A stretch of DNA of 64,000 nucleotides from an uncultured Solirubrobacteraceae bacterium. Lineage in GTDB: Bacteria > Actinomycetota > Thermoleophilia > Solirubrobacterales > Solirubrobacteraceae. Of this stretch, positions 1-10,000 are shown one piece after another. The stretch covers positions 20,893 to 84,892 of the forward strand of contig CAWKFP010000007.1 of NCBI GenBank assembly GCA_963849085.1. Direction: 5' to 3'. Under the pieces are notes generated by a model, which ran no database searches, was not told where the DNA came from, and saw only the letters and a list, made by a program, of their open reading frames with translations. Numbering within the stretch: the first letter of the stretch is position 1; every line of letters begins with the position of its first letter. Position numbers and translations under genes: made by a program.

Positions 1-198
1 GTCACCGCCCGCGGGCAGGATCCACCCGACGCTGTGACGAGGACCGGCCTCGAGCATGCGCTCGATCAGCTCGGGCGTCACCGAGTCCCCGGGCCCGACG
101 GCCCGCGTCTGACCGTCGGCGGTGAACGAGATCCGGCCGTCGTGGACCACGAACGGCCCCCTGCCGGACGAGACGTGGACAGCCCCGGTGCCCGCCAT
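1..198 (-). CDS. hypothetical protein, N-terminal 66 aa only (gene runs off the left edge)
   Basis: ATG at 198 preceded by GAGGAGG (rc of 204-210). The frame is open to position 1 and about 90% of third codon positions are G/C. Translation: MAGTGAVHVSSGRGPFVVHDGRISFTADGQTRAVGPGDSVTPELIERMLEAG... Absent from the ORF track because there is no stop inside the window. Confidence 0.55.
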   Translation of the reverse strand, partial: MAGTGAVHVSSGRGPFVVHDGRISFTADGQTRAVGPGDSVTPELIERMLEAGPRHSVGWILPAGGD

Positions 199-302
199 AC
201 CGACCTCCTCGTCGATGCTGCGGACGCCCTAATCGAGACCCACCAGCGGCGCGCGATGATCGGAACCCCCGGACGCGGGTACTACCGTCGTGGTGGCGAG
301 CC

Positions 303-728
303 ATGAGTGATCCAGCGCCGATCGTCGTCCTGGAGGATGAACGCGCCATCGCGGCGCTCATCCCGAGGGTCCTGGAGGCGGCCGGGGTGATCAATCCGGT
401 GGCGTGCTTCCCCGACGGCGACGCGACGGAGGCCTATCTCCGGGACTCCGCCGTCGCGGCCGCGCCCGTTCCCGCGCTCGCCCTGCTCGACCTGCACGTC
501 GGCGGCCGCGGCGGCCTGGAGATCCTGCAGTTCATCCGCGCCACACCGGCGCTGGCCGGGATGCCGGTCATCATCCTCAGCGGCTCGGCGGATGACCAAG
601 ACGTCGACCGCGCAACCGCGCTCGGGGCCACCGCCTTCCTCATCAAGCCGCTCGGCCTCGTGAACCTGGCCGGCGAGCTTCAGACCCTGGGCCTGTGGGA
701 TCGCCTGCACCACGACGACGAACCCTGA
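303..728 (+). CDS. single-domain response regulator (CheY-like receiver)
   Basis: 141 aa. Receiver hallmarks: IVVLEDE acidic pocket, LALLDLHV phospho-acceptor Asp, IILSGS, FLIKP. No output domain. Confidence 0.9.
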   Translation: MSDPAPIVVLEDERAIAALIPRVLEAAGVINPVACFPDGDATEAYLRDSAVAAAPVPALALLDLHVGGRGGLEILQFIRATPALAGMPVIILSGSADDQDVDRATALGATAFLIKPLGLVNLAGELQTLGLWDRLHHDDEP

Positions 729-747
729 CCCGGCGCGGCCGGGCCGC

Positions 748-3700
748 TCACCGCAGCGCGTCGTTGAGCGCCCGCTCGGCCTCGCGATAGGCGTCATGGA
801 CCGCCCGGCAGCGCTCGGGCGATGGCGCCGTGCCCGCCCGGGCGTCGGCCTCGACAGCTTCCAGCAGCGCCACCAATCGCCGGGCGCCGGCCAGCGCGCC
901 GGTTCCCTTCAGGGCATGCGCCGACGTCGCCGCCTCCGGCGCGCGCCCGCCGGCGGCGGCTTCGCTGAGCGCCGTCAGATGAGCCGGCGAGTCGGCGAGG
1001 AACAGGTCGATGAACTGATGCAGCGCGCCGCCGTCGTCATCAAGCGCGCGCAGCCGCTCCAGCAGGTCGAGGTCAAGCGGGCCGGACTCGTCGCCGGCGG
1101 CCGGCGGGGCGGTCCGCTTCGGCGGGCGCGGACGCGGGGCGGGCACGCCATCCACCACGGCGCGCAGCGCGGCGTCGAGCTGCTCCATGGCGATCGGCTT
1201 GGGCAGGTGCAGGTCCATGCCCGCGGCCAGGACGCGCTCGGCGTCGCTCCTCATCGCGCTGGCGGTGAGGCCGATGACCGGCGTCCGGGGCCCGTCCCCC
1301 TCACGCCGGCGCAGCTGCTCGGTCGCGCCGTAGCCGTCGAGCACCGGCATCTCGCAGTCCATGAGGATCACGCCGAATCGCTGGCGTCCGGCGGCCTCGA
1401 GTCCCTGCTCGCCGTTGACCGCCTCGGTGACCGTCCAGCCCAGCCGCGTCAGCATCGCGGTGGCGACCTGCCGATTGGCCGCGACGTCGTCGACGACCAG
1501 CGCCCGCCGGAGCGCGTGATCCCCGCTCGCCGTGGCGCCGCGCGGGGCCGGGCCGGCGGCGTCGTCGTCGGACGGCCGCGGGTCCGACCGTGCGCCGAGC
1601 GCCGCGGCGAGAGCGTCCTGCAGCTGCGATCGACGCGGCGGCTTCATCATGAACGCCGTCACGTTGGCGGCCAGGCGGCTGCGCACCGACTCGCGGCCGG
1701 CGCCCGAGGAGAGCAGGATGACCGGCAGCGCGGGCGCGAGCCGCATGAGCTGGCCGGCCAGATCGACGCCGTCCGCGCCCGGCATCACCAGGTCGGCGAG
1801 GACGACGTCGAAGGGCTGACCGGCCGCCGCCGCCGCGCGCGTCAGCGCGATGGCCTCCTGCGCGTCGCGCGCCGGCTTGGCGCGCATTCCCCAGTACCCC
1901 AGCTGACGGAGCAGGATGGCCCGGTTGACGTCGAGATCGTCGACCACGAGGGCCCGCCGGCCGTCCAGCCACGTGTGGCGGGGCGCCGGAGGCCGCTCGC
2001 CGCGCGGGAGCGCGATCTCAAACCAGAACGTGCTCCCCGCCCCAGCCGCGCTCTGCACGCCGATCTCCCCGCCCATCATCTCCACCAGGCGATGGGAGAT
2101 CGTCAGGCCCAATCCCGTCCCTCCATAGCGGCGCGTCGTCGAGGCGTCGGCCTGCGAGAAGCTCTCGAACAAGCGCGCCTGGGCGTCCTGCGGGATGCCG
2201 ATGCCGCTGTCTGAGACCTCCACGCGCAGCGCGACCGGCGAGCGGGTCGCGGCGTCGCGGACGGTCACCGTGACGACGACCTGGCCCTGGTCGGTGAACT
2301 TGACGGCGTTGCCGACGAGATTGATCAGCACCTGGCGCAACCGGACGGGATCGCCGACGAGCATCTCCGGAAGCTCGGGATCCAGCGAGATGAGAAGCTC
2401 GATCGCCTTGGACCGGGTCGCGCCGGACAGCAGGACGCACACCTCCTCCACCAGTTCGCCGAGATCGAACGGGACCGCCTCCAGCTCGAGCCGCCCGGCC
2501 TCGATCTTCGAGAAGTCCAGGATGTCGTCGATCACCACCCGCAGCGCCTCCGCCGACGTGCGGACCGTCCGCGCGAACTCCGTCTGCTCGGCGTCCAGAC
2601 CCGTCTCGAGCAGCAGGCTGGCCATCCCGATGACGCCGTTCATCGGCGTCCGGATCTCATGGCTCATCCTCGCCAGAAACTCGGACTTCATCTGCGCCGC
2701 CTCGATCGCCGCATCCCGCGCCCGGGCCAGATCGTCGAGCAGCGCCCGCCGTTCGGTGACGTCGCGAATCGCGGCCTGGCTCTCCACGAACTCGCCGCTG
2801 CCGGGGTCGAGGATGCGGCGGACCGACCACTCGGTCCACACGTAGACCCCGTCACGCCGGCGCAGGCGCAGCTCGGCGACCCGGAAGGGCTCTCGATCAC
2901 CGTTGCGCAGGGCGCCCGCGAGAACCCCGGGGAGGTCGTCCGGGTGGATCAGCTCCAGGACATCGGTGCCCGCGAGCTCGTCGGGGGCGTAACCCAGCAG
3001 CCATTCGCTGGCCGGGCTCACGTAGCGGATCCGCTCCGCGAGGTCGACCCGCACGATGACGTCGCTCGAGTTCTCGGCCAGCAGCCGGAATCGCGCTTCG
3101 CTCTCGCGCAGCGCCTCCTCGGCACGACGGCGCTCGGTGATGTCCTGCGTCACCTTCGCGAACCCGCGCAGCTCTCCTGACCCGTCGAACACGGGCGTGA
3201 TCGTCACCTCCGCCCAGAATCGCGTGCCGTCCTTGCGGACCCGCTCGCCCACCTCCTCGTAGCGGCCGTCGGCAAGCGCGACCCCCAGCTCGTACTCGGG
3301 ATGGCCGCGCGCGCGGGCCTCCGGCGGATAGAAGACGGAGAAGTGCTGTCCGATGATCTCCCCGGCCCGGTAGCCCTTGATCCGCTCGGCTCCCTGGTTC
3401 CAGCTCGCCACCGTCCCGTCGGGGGCGAGCATGAAGATCGCGTGGTCGGAGACCGCCCCCACCAGAGCCCGGAAGCGCTCGTCGCTGTCATGGAGCGCCT
3501 CCTGCGTCCGGAGCCGATCGGTGACGTCGCGGGCAATGGTGAGCAGGATCTGACCGGCGAGGAGCGCCACCGAGTACTGCACCTGACGCGGTTCACCGTC
3601 GCGGCGCCGCAGCCCGGCGACGAACGTGCACTCCCACCCCTCCGCGGCCGTCCGGATCGACTCCGAACGCGCCGCGTCGGCGGCGGCGAAGCCGACCTCG

Positions 3701-3858
3701 AGCGCCGTGCGCCCGACGAGCTCCGCTTCCTCATACCCGCACATCGCGCAGAACGCGTCGTTGACCGCGAGAATCCGCCGCGATTCACGGTCGGCGACGA
3801 TGACCCCGTCCAGCGAGCGCCTGAGCAGCGCCTCGAACAGGTCATGAGCCTCGTTCAC
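748..3858 (-). CDS. hybrid sensor histidine kinase (3 PAS, HisKA, HATPase_c, 2 receiver, HPt)
   Basis: H-box MSHEIRTPMNGV, N/G boxes (GNAVKFT, DSGIGIP, GGTGLGLTIS), two REC domains (VVDDLDVNR..., VVDDVAANR...DCEMPVLDG) and a C-terminal HPt (SAHALKGTGA). Start placed at GTG 3858 because third-position GC collapses to about 65% between 3859 and 4017. The ATG at 4017 is an alternative. Confidence 0.88.
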   Translation of the reverse strand: MNEAHDLFEALLRRSLDGVIVADRESRRILAVNDAFCAMCGYEEAELVGRTALEVGFAAADAARSESIRTAAEGWECTFVAGLRRRDGEPRQVQYSVALLAGQILLTIARDVTDRLRTQEALHDSDERFRALVGAVSDHAIFMLAPDGTVASWNQGAERIKGYRAGEIIGQHFSVFYPPEARARGHPEYELGVALADGRYEEVGERVRKDGTRFWAEVTITPVFDGSGELRGFAKVTQDITERRRAEEALRESEARFRLLAENSSDVIVRVDLAERIRYVSPASEWLLGYAPDELAGTDVLELIHPDDLPGVLAGALRNGDREPFRVAELRLRRRDGVYVWTEWSVRRILDPGSGEFVESQAAIRDVTERRALLDDLARARDAAIEAAQMKSEFLARMSHEIRTPMNGVIGMASLLLETGLDAEQTEFARTVRTSAEALRVVIDDILDFSKIEAGRLELEAVPFDLGELVEEVCVLLSGATRSKAIELLISLDPELPEMLVGDPVRLRQVLINLVGNAVKFTDQGQVVVTVTVRDAATRSPVALRVEVSDSGIGIPQDAQARLFESFSQADASTTRRYGGTGLGLTISHRLVEMMGGEIGVQSAAGAGSTFWFEIALPRGERPPAPRHTWLDGRRALVVDDLDVNRAILLRQLGYWGMRAKPARDAQEAIALTRAAAAAGQPFDVVLADLVMPGADGVDLAGQLMRLAPALPVILLSSGAGRESVRSRLAANVTAFMMKPPRRSQLQDALAAALGARSDPRPSDDDAAGPAPRGATASGDHALRRALVVDDVAANRQVATAMLTRLGWTVTEAVNGEQGLEAAGRQRFGVILMDCEMPVLDGYGATEQLRRREGDGPRTPVIGLTASAMRSDAERVLAAGMDLHLPKPIAMEQLDAALRAVVDGVPAPRPRPPKRTAPPAAGDESGPLDLDLLERLRALDDDGGALHQFIDLFLADSPAHLTALSEAAAGGRAPEAATSAHALKGTGALAGARRLVALLEAVEADARAGTAPSPERCRAVHDAYREAERALNDALR

Positions 3859-4003
3859 CGCACGCCCCCCAGGACCCGGACTGGCGTCGTCATCCTCCCC
3901 GAGTAGAGCACCACCGAGGGCCGTATTCAAGCTCGCACCCCGCCTCGGTCCCCTCGGACATGGGTCCACCGGCCTGCGAGCGGGCCCGGGCGCGGACGAA
4001 GAG

Positions 4004-7000
4004 ATGACCAAAGACATCGGAATGGACTCTGTGATTCGACGGGCACATATCACGCTCGCACTCGCGCTGACGCTCGTCTGCGTGGGCGGCGGCACCGCGA
4101 GCGCGGCCACGCCCCAAGCGGCGTTCGCGTTCGACGCGCCCTTGACGGGCACGGCGACGCCGGCGTCGCCCGGCGCCCGGGATCCCGCCCCGGCCACCAC
4201 CGAGCTCGCCGCCGAGCTCGAGCAGAGCACCGGCCTGAGCCCGTCGCAGGTCACGACCCGCAGCGAGTGCCCGGCCGTCTCGCCCGGCCAGGCCCGGTGC
4301 GACGCGCAGGCCGTCGTGCTGCGCGCCGACGCCCAGCCCGTTCACCCTCGCCCGGGCGCGCGAGCGACCTTCACGCAGGTCTTCCCGCGCGATCATCGAG
4401 GAATCGCCTCGGTGGCCGCGATCGGCGGCGCGGCCGCGACGGCGCCCCTGGCCCATACGCCCGCCTGGCTGCAGCAGGCCTACGATCTCACCTATCTGTC
4501 GCAGACCGGCGGAGTCGGGGACACGGTCGCCGTGATCGAAGCCGGCGACGACCCCGACGCCGACTCCGATCTCGCCACGTATCGCAGCGCCTACGGGCTC
4601 CCGGCGTGCACGACCGCCAACGGCTGCTTTGAGAAGGTCAACGAGTCAGGCCAGCAGGGGGAGTATCCCGCCACCGCGCAGCCCGACTGGGAGGTCGAAT
4701 CGGCGCTCGATGTCGACGCCGTCTCCGCGCTGTGCCCCAACTGCCACATCCTGCTCGTCGAGGCCGGCACCTCGTACAGCACCGATCTCGACGCCGCGGT
4801 GGCGACCGCGGTCAGCCTGGGCGCCAACCAGGTGTCCAACAGCTACAGCCTCGCCTCGAATACCCCCTATGCCGGCACCTGGACGTTCCCCGGCGTGGCG
4901 GTCATCGCCTCCACCGGGGACACCGGCTACATCGCGGGCGGCGAGGGCAGCTATCCGGCGACACTCCCCGGCGTCACCGCCGCCGGCGGCACGAACCTCG
5001 CCCCGACCACGACGAGCGCCCCGAGCCCCCGCGGCTTCACCGAGGCGTCCTGGGCCCAGGCCACCGTCGACGGGGTGACCGACGGCGCATCGAGCGGCTG
5101 CGACCTCCAGGAGACCAAGCCGGCCTGGCAGACCGACACCGGGTGCACCGGGCGCTCCTACTCCGACGTGTCGGCCGACGCCGATCCCTACACGGGGCTC
5201 GACATCTACGAGAGCGCCGGCGGCGGATGGCAGCTCTACGGCGGCACCAGCCTGTCCTCGCCGTTGATCGCCGCCTACGAGGCGGTCACCGGGGTCACCG
5301 GAACGACACCGCAGTGGGCATACGCCGATTCGCACCTGCTGACCGATCCGACGACGGGCATGAACGGGCTGACGATCGAGACCGACAACGACGCCTGCGG
5401 CCTCGCCCTGGCGTATCTCTGCAACGCCGGCGTCGGCTACGACGGCCCCACCGGGGTCGGCTCGATCCTCGGCGACGTCGTCCCCGGCGCGCCCGGCGTC
5501 GGCGGGCCGTCGATCGGCGCGGGCTGGCAGGGCGCGGGAAACACCTACGCGCAGATGACGACCTCCACCACGGTGACGCTGACCGGCGGCGTCTATCCCA
5601 ACAGCCTGGACACCACGTATGAGTGGCAGTACGGGACGAGCACCGCCTACGGCGAGCAGACGGCGGCCACCGACATCGGCTCCGGCACCGCCGCCGTCGG
5701 CGTCACCGACACCCTGACCGGCCTGACCCCGGGCACGACCTACGACTATCGGCTCGTCGCCACCAACAGCGACGGCACCAGCTACGGCTACAACTACAGC
5801 TTCACCACCGCCGCGGCGAGCGACGTCGCGCCGGTCGACACCGTGCTGCCCGCCATCTCCGGCACCGCCACCGAAGGCCAGACGCTCGCGGTCACGACCG
5901 GCGGCTGGAACCCGAGCCCGACCGGATACACGTACCAGTGGCAGCGCTCCGCCGACGGCGCCAACTGGACGGCGATCACCGGGGCGACCGGCTCCACCTA
6001 CACCCTCGCCGCCGCCGACGTCGGCGACGACATCGACGTCGTCGTCACCGCCGCCGACGCCTGGGGGCAGACCGCCGCCACCGCCACCGCCGTCGGGCTC
6101 GTCGCCTCGGCCACGCCGGTCAACACCGGCGCGCCGGCGATCACCGGCAGCCCGCACCAGGGCGAGGTGCTGACCGTCACCTCGACCTGGACCCCCGCGA
6201 ACCTGACCTACACCTATCAGTGGCAGCGCTCCCCTGACGCCAGCACCTGGAGCAACATCAGCGACGCCACGGCCGCCACCTACACGCTCGGTGTCGCCGA
6301 CGAGGGCGACAGCATCCGTGTCGCCGTCACCGCCGCCGACGCCTACGGGGCGACGACCGCCGACAGCCCCGCGATCGGCCCCATCCACTCAAACCCGCCG
6401 GTCAACATCACCGTCCCCGGCGTCACCGGCACCCCGCAGCGAACGTTCACCCTGACCGCCGGGCAGGGGACATGGAGCGGGACCGGCAACGCCTACGAAT
6501 ATCAATGGCAGAGCTCGCCCGACGGCGGCGTCACCTGGAGCAACATCAGCGACGCCGACAGCTCGACCTACAAGCTGGGCGTCACCGACGAGGGCGACGA
6601 GATCCGCGTCGTCGTCACCGCATCCAACGTCGACGGCCTCACCACCCAGGCCAGCGCGGCCACGAACCCCGTGGCGCCCGACCCGCCGGGTAACACGATC
6701 GCGCCGACGATCTCCGGCACCGCGGAGCGCAGCGACACCCTCAGCGCCACCGCGGGAACATGGACCGGCCCCGACAACAGCTACGCGTATCAGTGGCAAC
6801 GTGACTGCGGCGGGGGCTTCGCCGACGTCACCGGCGCCACGACCGACAGCGACACGCTGACGGCCGCCGACGAGGGCTGCAGCGTCCGCGTCGTCGTCGT
6901 CGCCACCAACCCCGACGCGGCGATCGCGCAGGCCAGCCAGCCGACGGCGACCGTCACGGCCGACCTGCCGGTCAACACCACCGCCCCCGCGCTGACCGGT

Positions 7001-10000
7001 ACGGCGCAGCGCGGCTCGACGCTGAGCGCGAGTGCCGGGACGTGGTCGGGACAGGGCAACGCCTACAGCTATCAGTGGCAGGATTCGATCGACGGGAGCA
7101 CCTGGGCGAGCATCCCCGGCGCCACCGCCACCACGTACACGCTCGGGGTGGGCGATGAGGGAACCGAGCTGCGCGCCGTCGTCACCGCCACCAACCCCGA
7201 CGGGAGCGCGACCGCCGACACCGCCGACTCGACGCTCATCCCCGCCGCCCCACCGGTCGACAGCGCGGTGCCCACCGTCTCCGGAACCGCGCAGCGCACA
7301 GCGGTCCTGACCGGCACCCTGGGCACCTGGTCGGGGATCGCCAACACCTACACCGAGCAGTGGCAGCGGTCCGCCGACCACGGCGTGACCTGGACGAACA
7401 TCGCCGGCGCGACCGCCGGGACATACACCCTGGGTGCCGCCGATGAGGGCGACATCGTCCGGCTGCTCGTCACCGCCACCAATCCCGACGGGACCGCAGC
7501 CGCCGCCAGCGTCGCGACGGCGACCGTCGTCGGGGGCGCGCCGGTGGCGACCGCGCCCCCCGTCGTCACCGGCCCGGCGCAGCGCGCCGGCACGCTGACC
7601 GCCACCGCGGGGATGTGGGGAGGGCTGGGCAACACCTACACGTACCAATGGGATCGCTCCACCGATCAGGGCGCCACCTGGACGCCCGTCACCGGGGCCA
7701 CCGGTCTCACCGACACGCTCGGCGTCGCCGACGAGGGCTCTCAGCTACGCCTGTCGGTCACCGCCAGCAACCCTGACGGGACGGTGACCGCCGTCAGCAG
7801 CGCGACGGGCGTCGTCCCGGCGGCCCCGCCGGCCGACACCGCGCCGCCGTCCGTCACCGGGACACCGCAGCGCGCGAGCACCCTGACCGGCACCCAGGGG
7901 ACGTGGACGGGCATCGGCAACACCTACGCCGATCAATGGCAGAGCTCGCCCGACGGCGGCGTCACCTGGACTGCCATCCCCGGCGCGACCGCAACCACGT
8001 ACACGCCGGTCCTCGCCGACGAGGGCAACCTCATCCGCCTCCGGGTCACCGCCACCAACCCGGACGCCGTCGTCACCGCCGTCAGCGCGGCGACGATCGC
8101 CGTCGCCGCGGCGGCACCGGCCGACACGGCCCTGCCGGCGATCACCGGCACCGTCGCCCGCGGCTCGATCCTGACCGGCTCGCCGGGCGCGTGGTCAGGC
8201 GCGGGCAACAGCACGACCGACCAATGGCAGAGCTCGCCCGACGATGGCGTGACCTGGACGGCCATCACCGGTGCGACCGGGAGCACCTACACGCCGACCA
8301 TCGCCGACGAGGGCAGCGAGCTGCGCTTCGCCGTCACAGTCTCCAATCCGGACGGGACCGCGACCGTCGCCAGCGCCGCTACCCTCGCCGTGCCCAGCTC
8401 ACCCCCGGTCGACACCGCGGTGCCCGTGATCACTGGCACCGCGGCCCGCGCGTCGACGCTCGCCGTCTCGACCGGGACGTGGTCCGGAATCGGCAACACG
8501 TACACGTATCAGTGGCAGCGCAACGCAGGGACGGGCTTCGTCGCGATCAGCGGCGCGACCAATGCCACCTACGTCGTCGGCGTCGCCGACGAGGGCGCAA
8601 CGCTGCGCGCGGTGGTCTCCGCCGCCAATCCCGACGGGACGGTCACCGCCACCACGGCCGCCACCACCGTCGTCCCCAGCGCCCCACCGGTCGACACGGC
8701 GGTGCCGACGATCGCCGGCACCGCGCAACGCGGCGGGATCCTGAACTCGTTCCAGGGCACCTGGACCGGCATCGGCAATGCCTACGCCGATCAGTGGCAG
8801 CGCTCCGCCGACCAGGGCGCCACCTGGACCGCCATCGCCGGCGCGACCGCCGGCAGCTACACGCTGACCGCCGCCGACGAGGGCGATCTCGTCCGGCTCC
8901 AGGTCACCGCCACCAACCCCGACGGGATCGCGGTCGCCGACAGCGCAGCCACCGCCACCGTCGCCGCAGCCGCTCCCTCGGACACGAGCCTGCCGACGAT
9001 CGCCGGAACGCCGACCCGCAGCGCCATCCTCACCTCCACGCCGGGCGTGTGGAGTGGCTTTGCCAACGCCTACCTGCTGCAGTGGCAGCGCTCCGCCGAT
9101 CAGGGCGCCACCTGGACCGACATCTCCGGCGCCACCACCAGCGACTACACGCTCGCGGTCGCCGACGAGGGCGACCTCGTCAGGCTGCAGGTCACGGCGT
9201 CCAATTCCGACGGCGGCGCGATCGCCGCCAGCGCGCCGACGGCGACCATCAGCGCCGCGCCCGCGGTCAACACGGTCCTCCCCACGGTCACCGGCGTCGC
9301 GGTGCGCGGCTCCAGCCTGAGCTCGGCACAGGGCACGTGGACCGGAGCCGGAAACGTCTACACCAACCAGTGGCAGCGCTCCGCCGACGGCGGCACCACC
9401 TGGACCGACATCGCGGGCGCGACGAGCGCCGCTTATACGGTGGCGGTGAGCGACGAGGGGTCCGAGCTGAGGGTGGCGGTCACCGCCACCAACCCCGACG
9501 GCGCGCTGACCGTGACGAGCGTGCCGACGTCGGTCGCCGCCGCCGCGCCGCCGGTCAGCACGAGCGCGCCGGTGGTGTCAGGCATCCTGCAGCGCACGGC
9601 CCTGCTGACCGCCACCACCGGCAGCTGGAACGGGGTCGGCAATGTCTACACCGATCAATGGCAGCGCTCCGCCGACCAGGGCGCCACGTGGGTCAACATC
9701 CCCGGGGCGACGAGCGCCACCTACACGCCGGTCGCGGCCGACGAGGCCGACAACCTGCGCGTGCTGGTCACCGGGTCCAACCTCGACGGTACGAGCAGCG
9801 CCGCCAGCGCGGCCACCGCCCCCATCCAGGGCGCGCCGCCGGTCGAGTCCGCTCTGCCCGTCGTCTCCGGCACGGTCGGCCTCGGCGACAAGCTGACCGC
9901 GACATCCGGGACCTGGAAGCCGGACACGACCGGAATCGGCTACGCCTGGCAGCGCGGCACCCCGGCCGGCGGCTATCAGACGATCCCCGGGCAGACCGCC

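Noticed and set aside
3859-4254. N-terminal extension of the histidine kinase ORF to 4254 (or to the ATG at 4017).
   Set aside because: The extension overlaps the divergent giant gene. Third-position GC drops to about 65% between 3859 and 4017. The first PAS domain begins right after GTG 3858.
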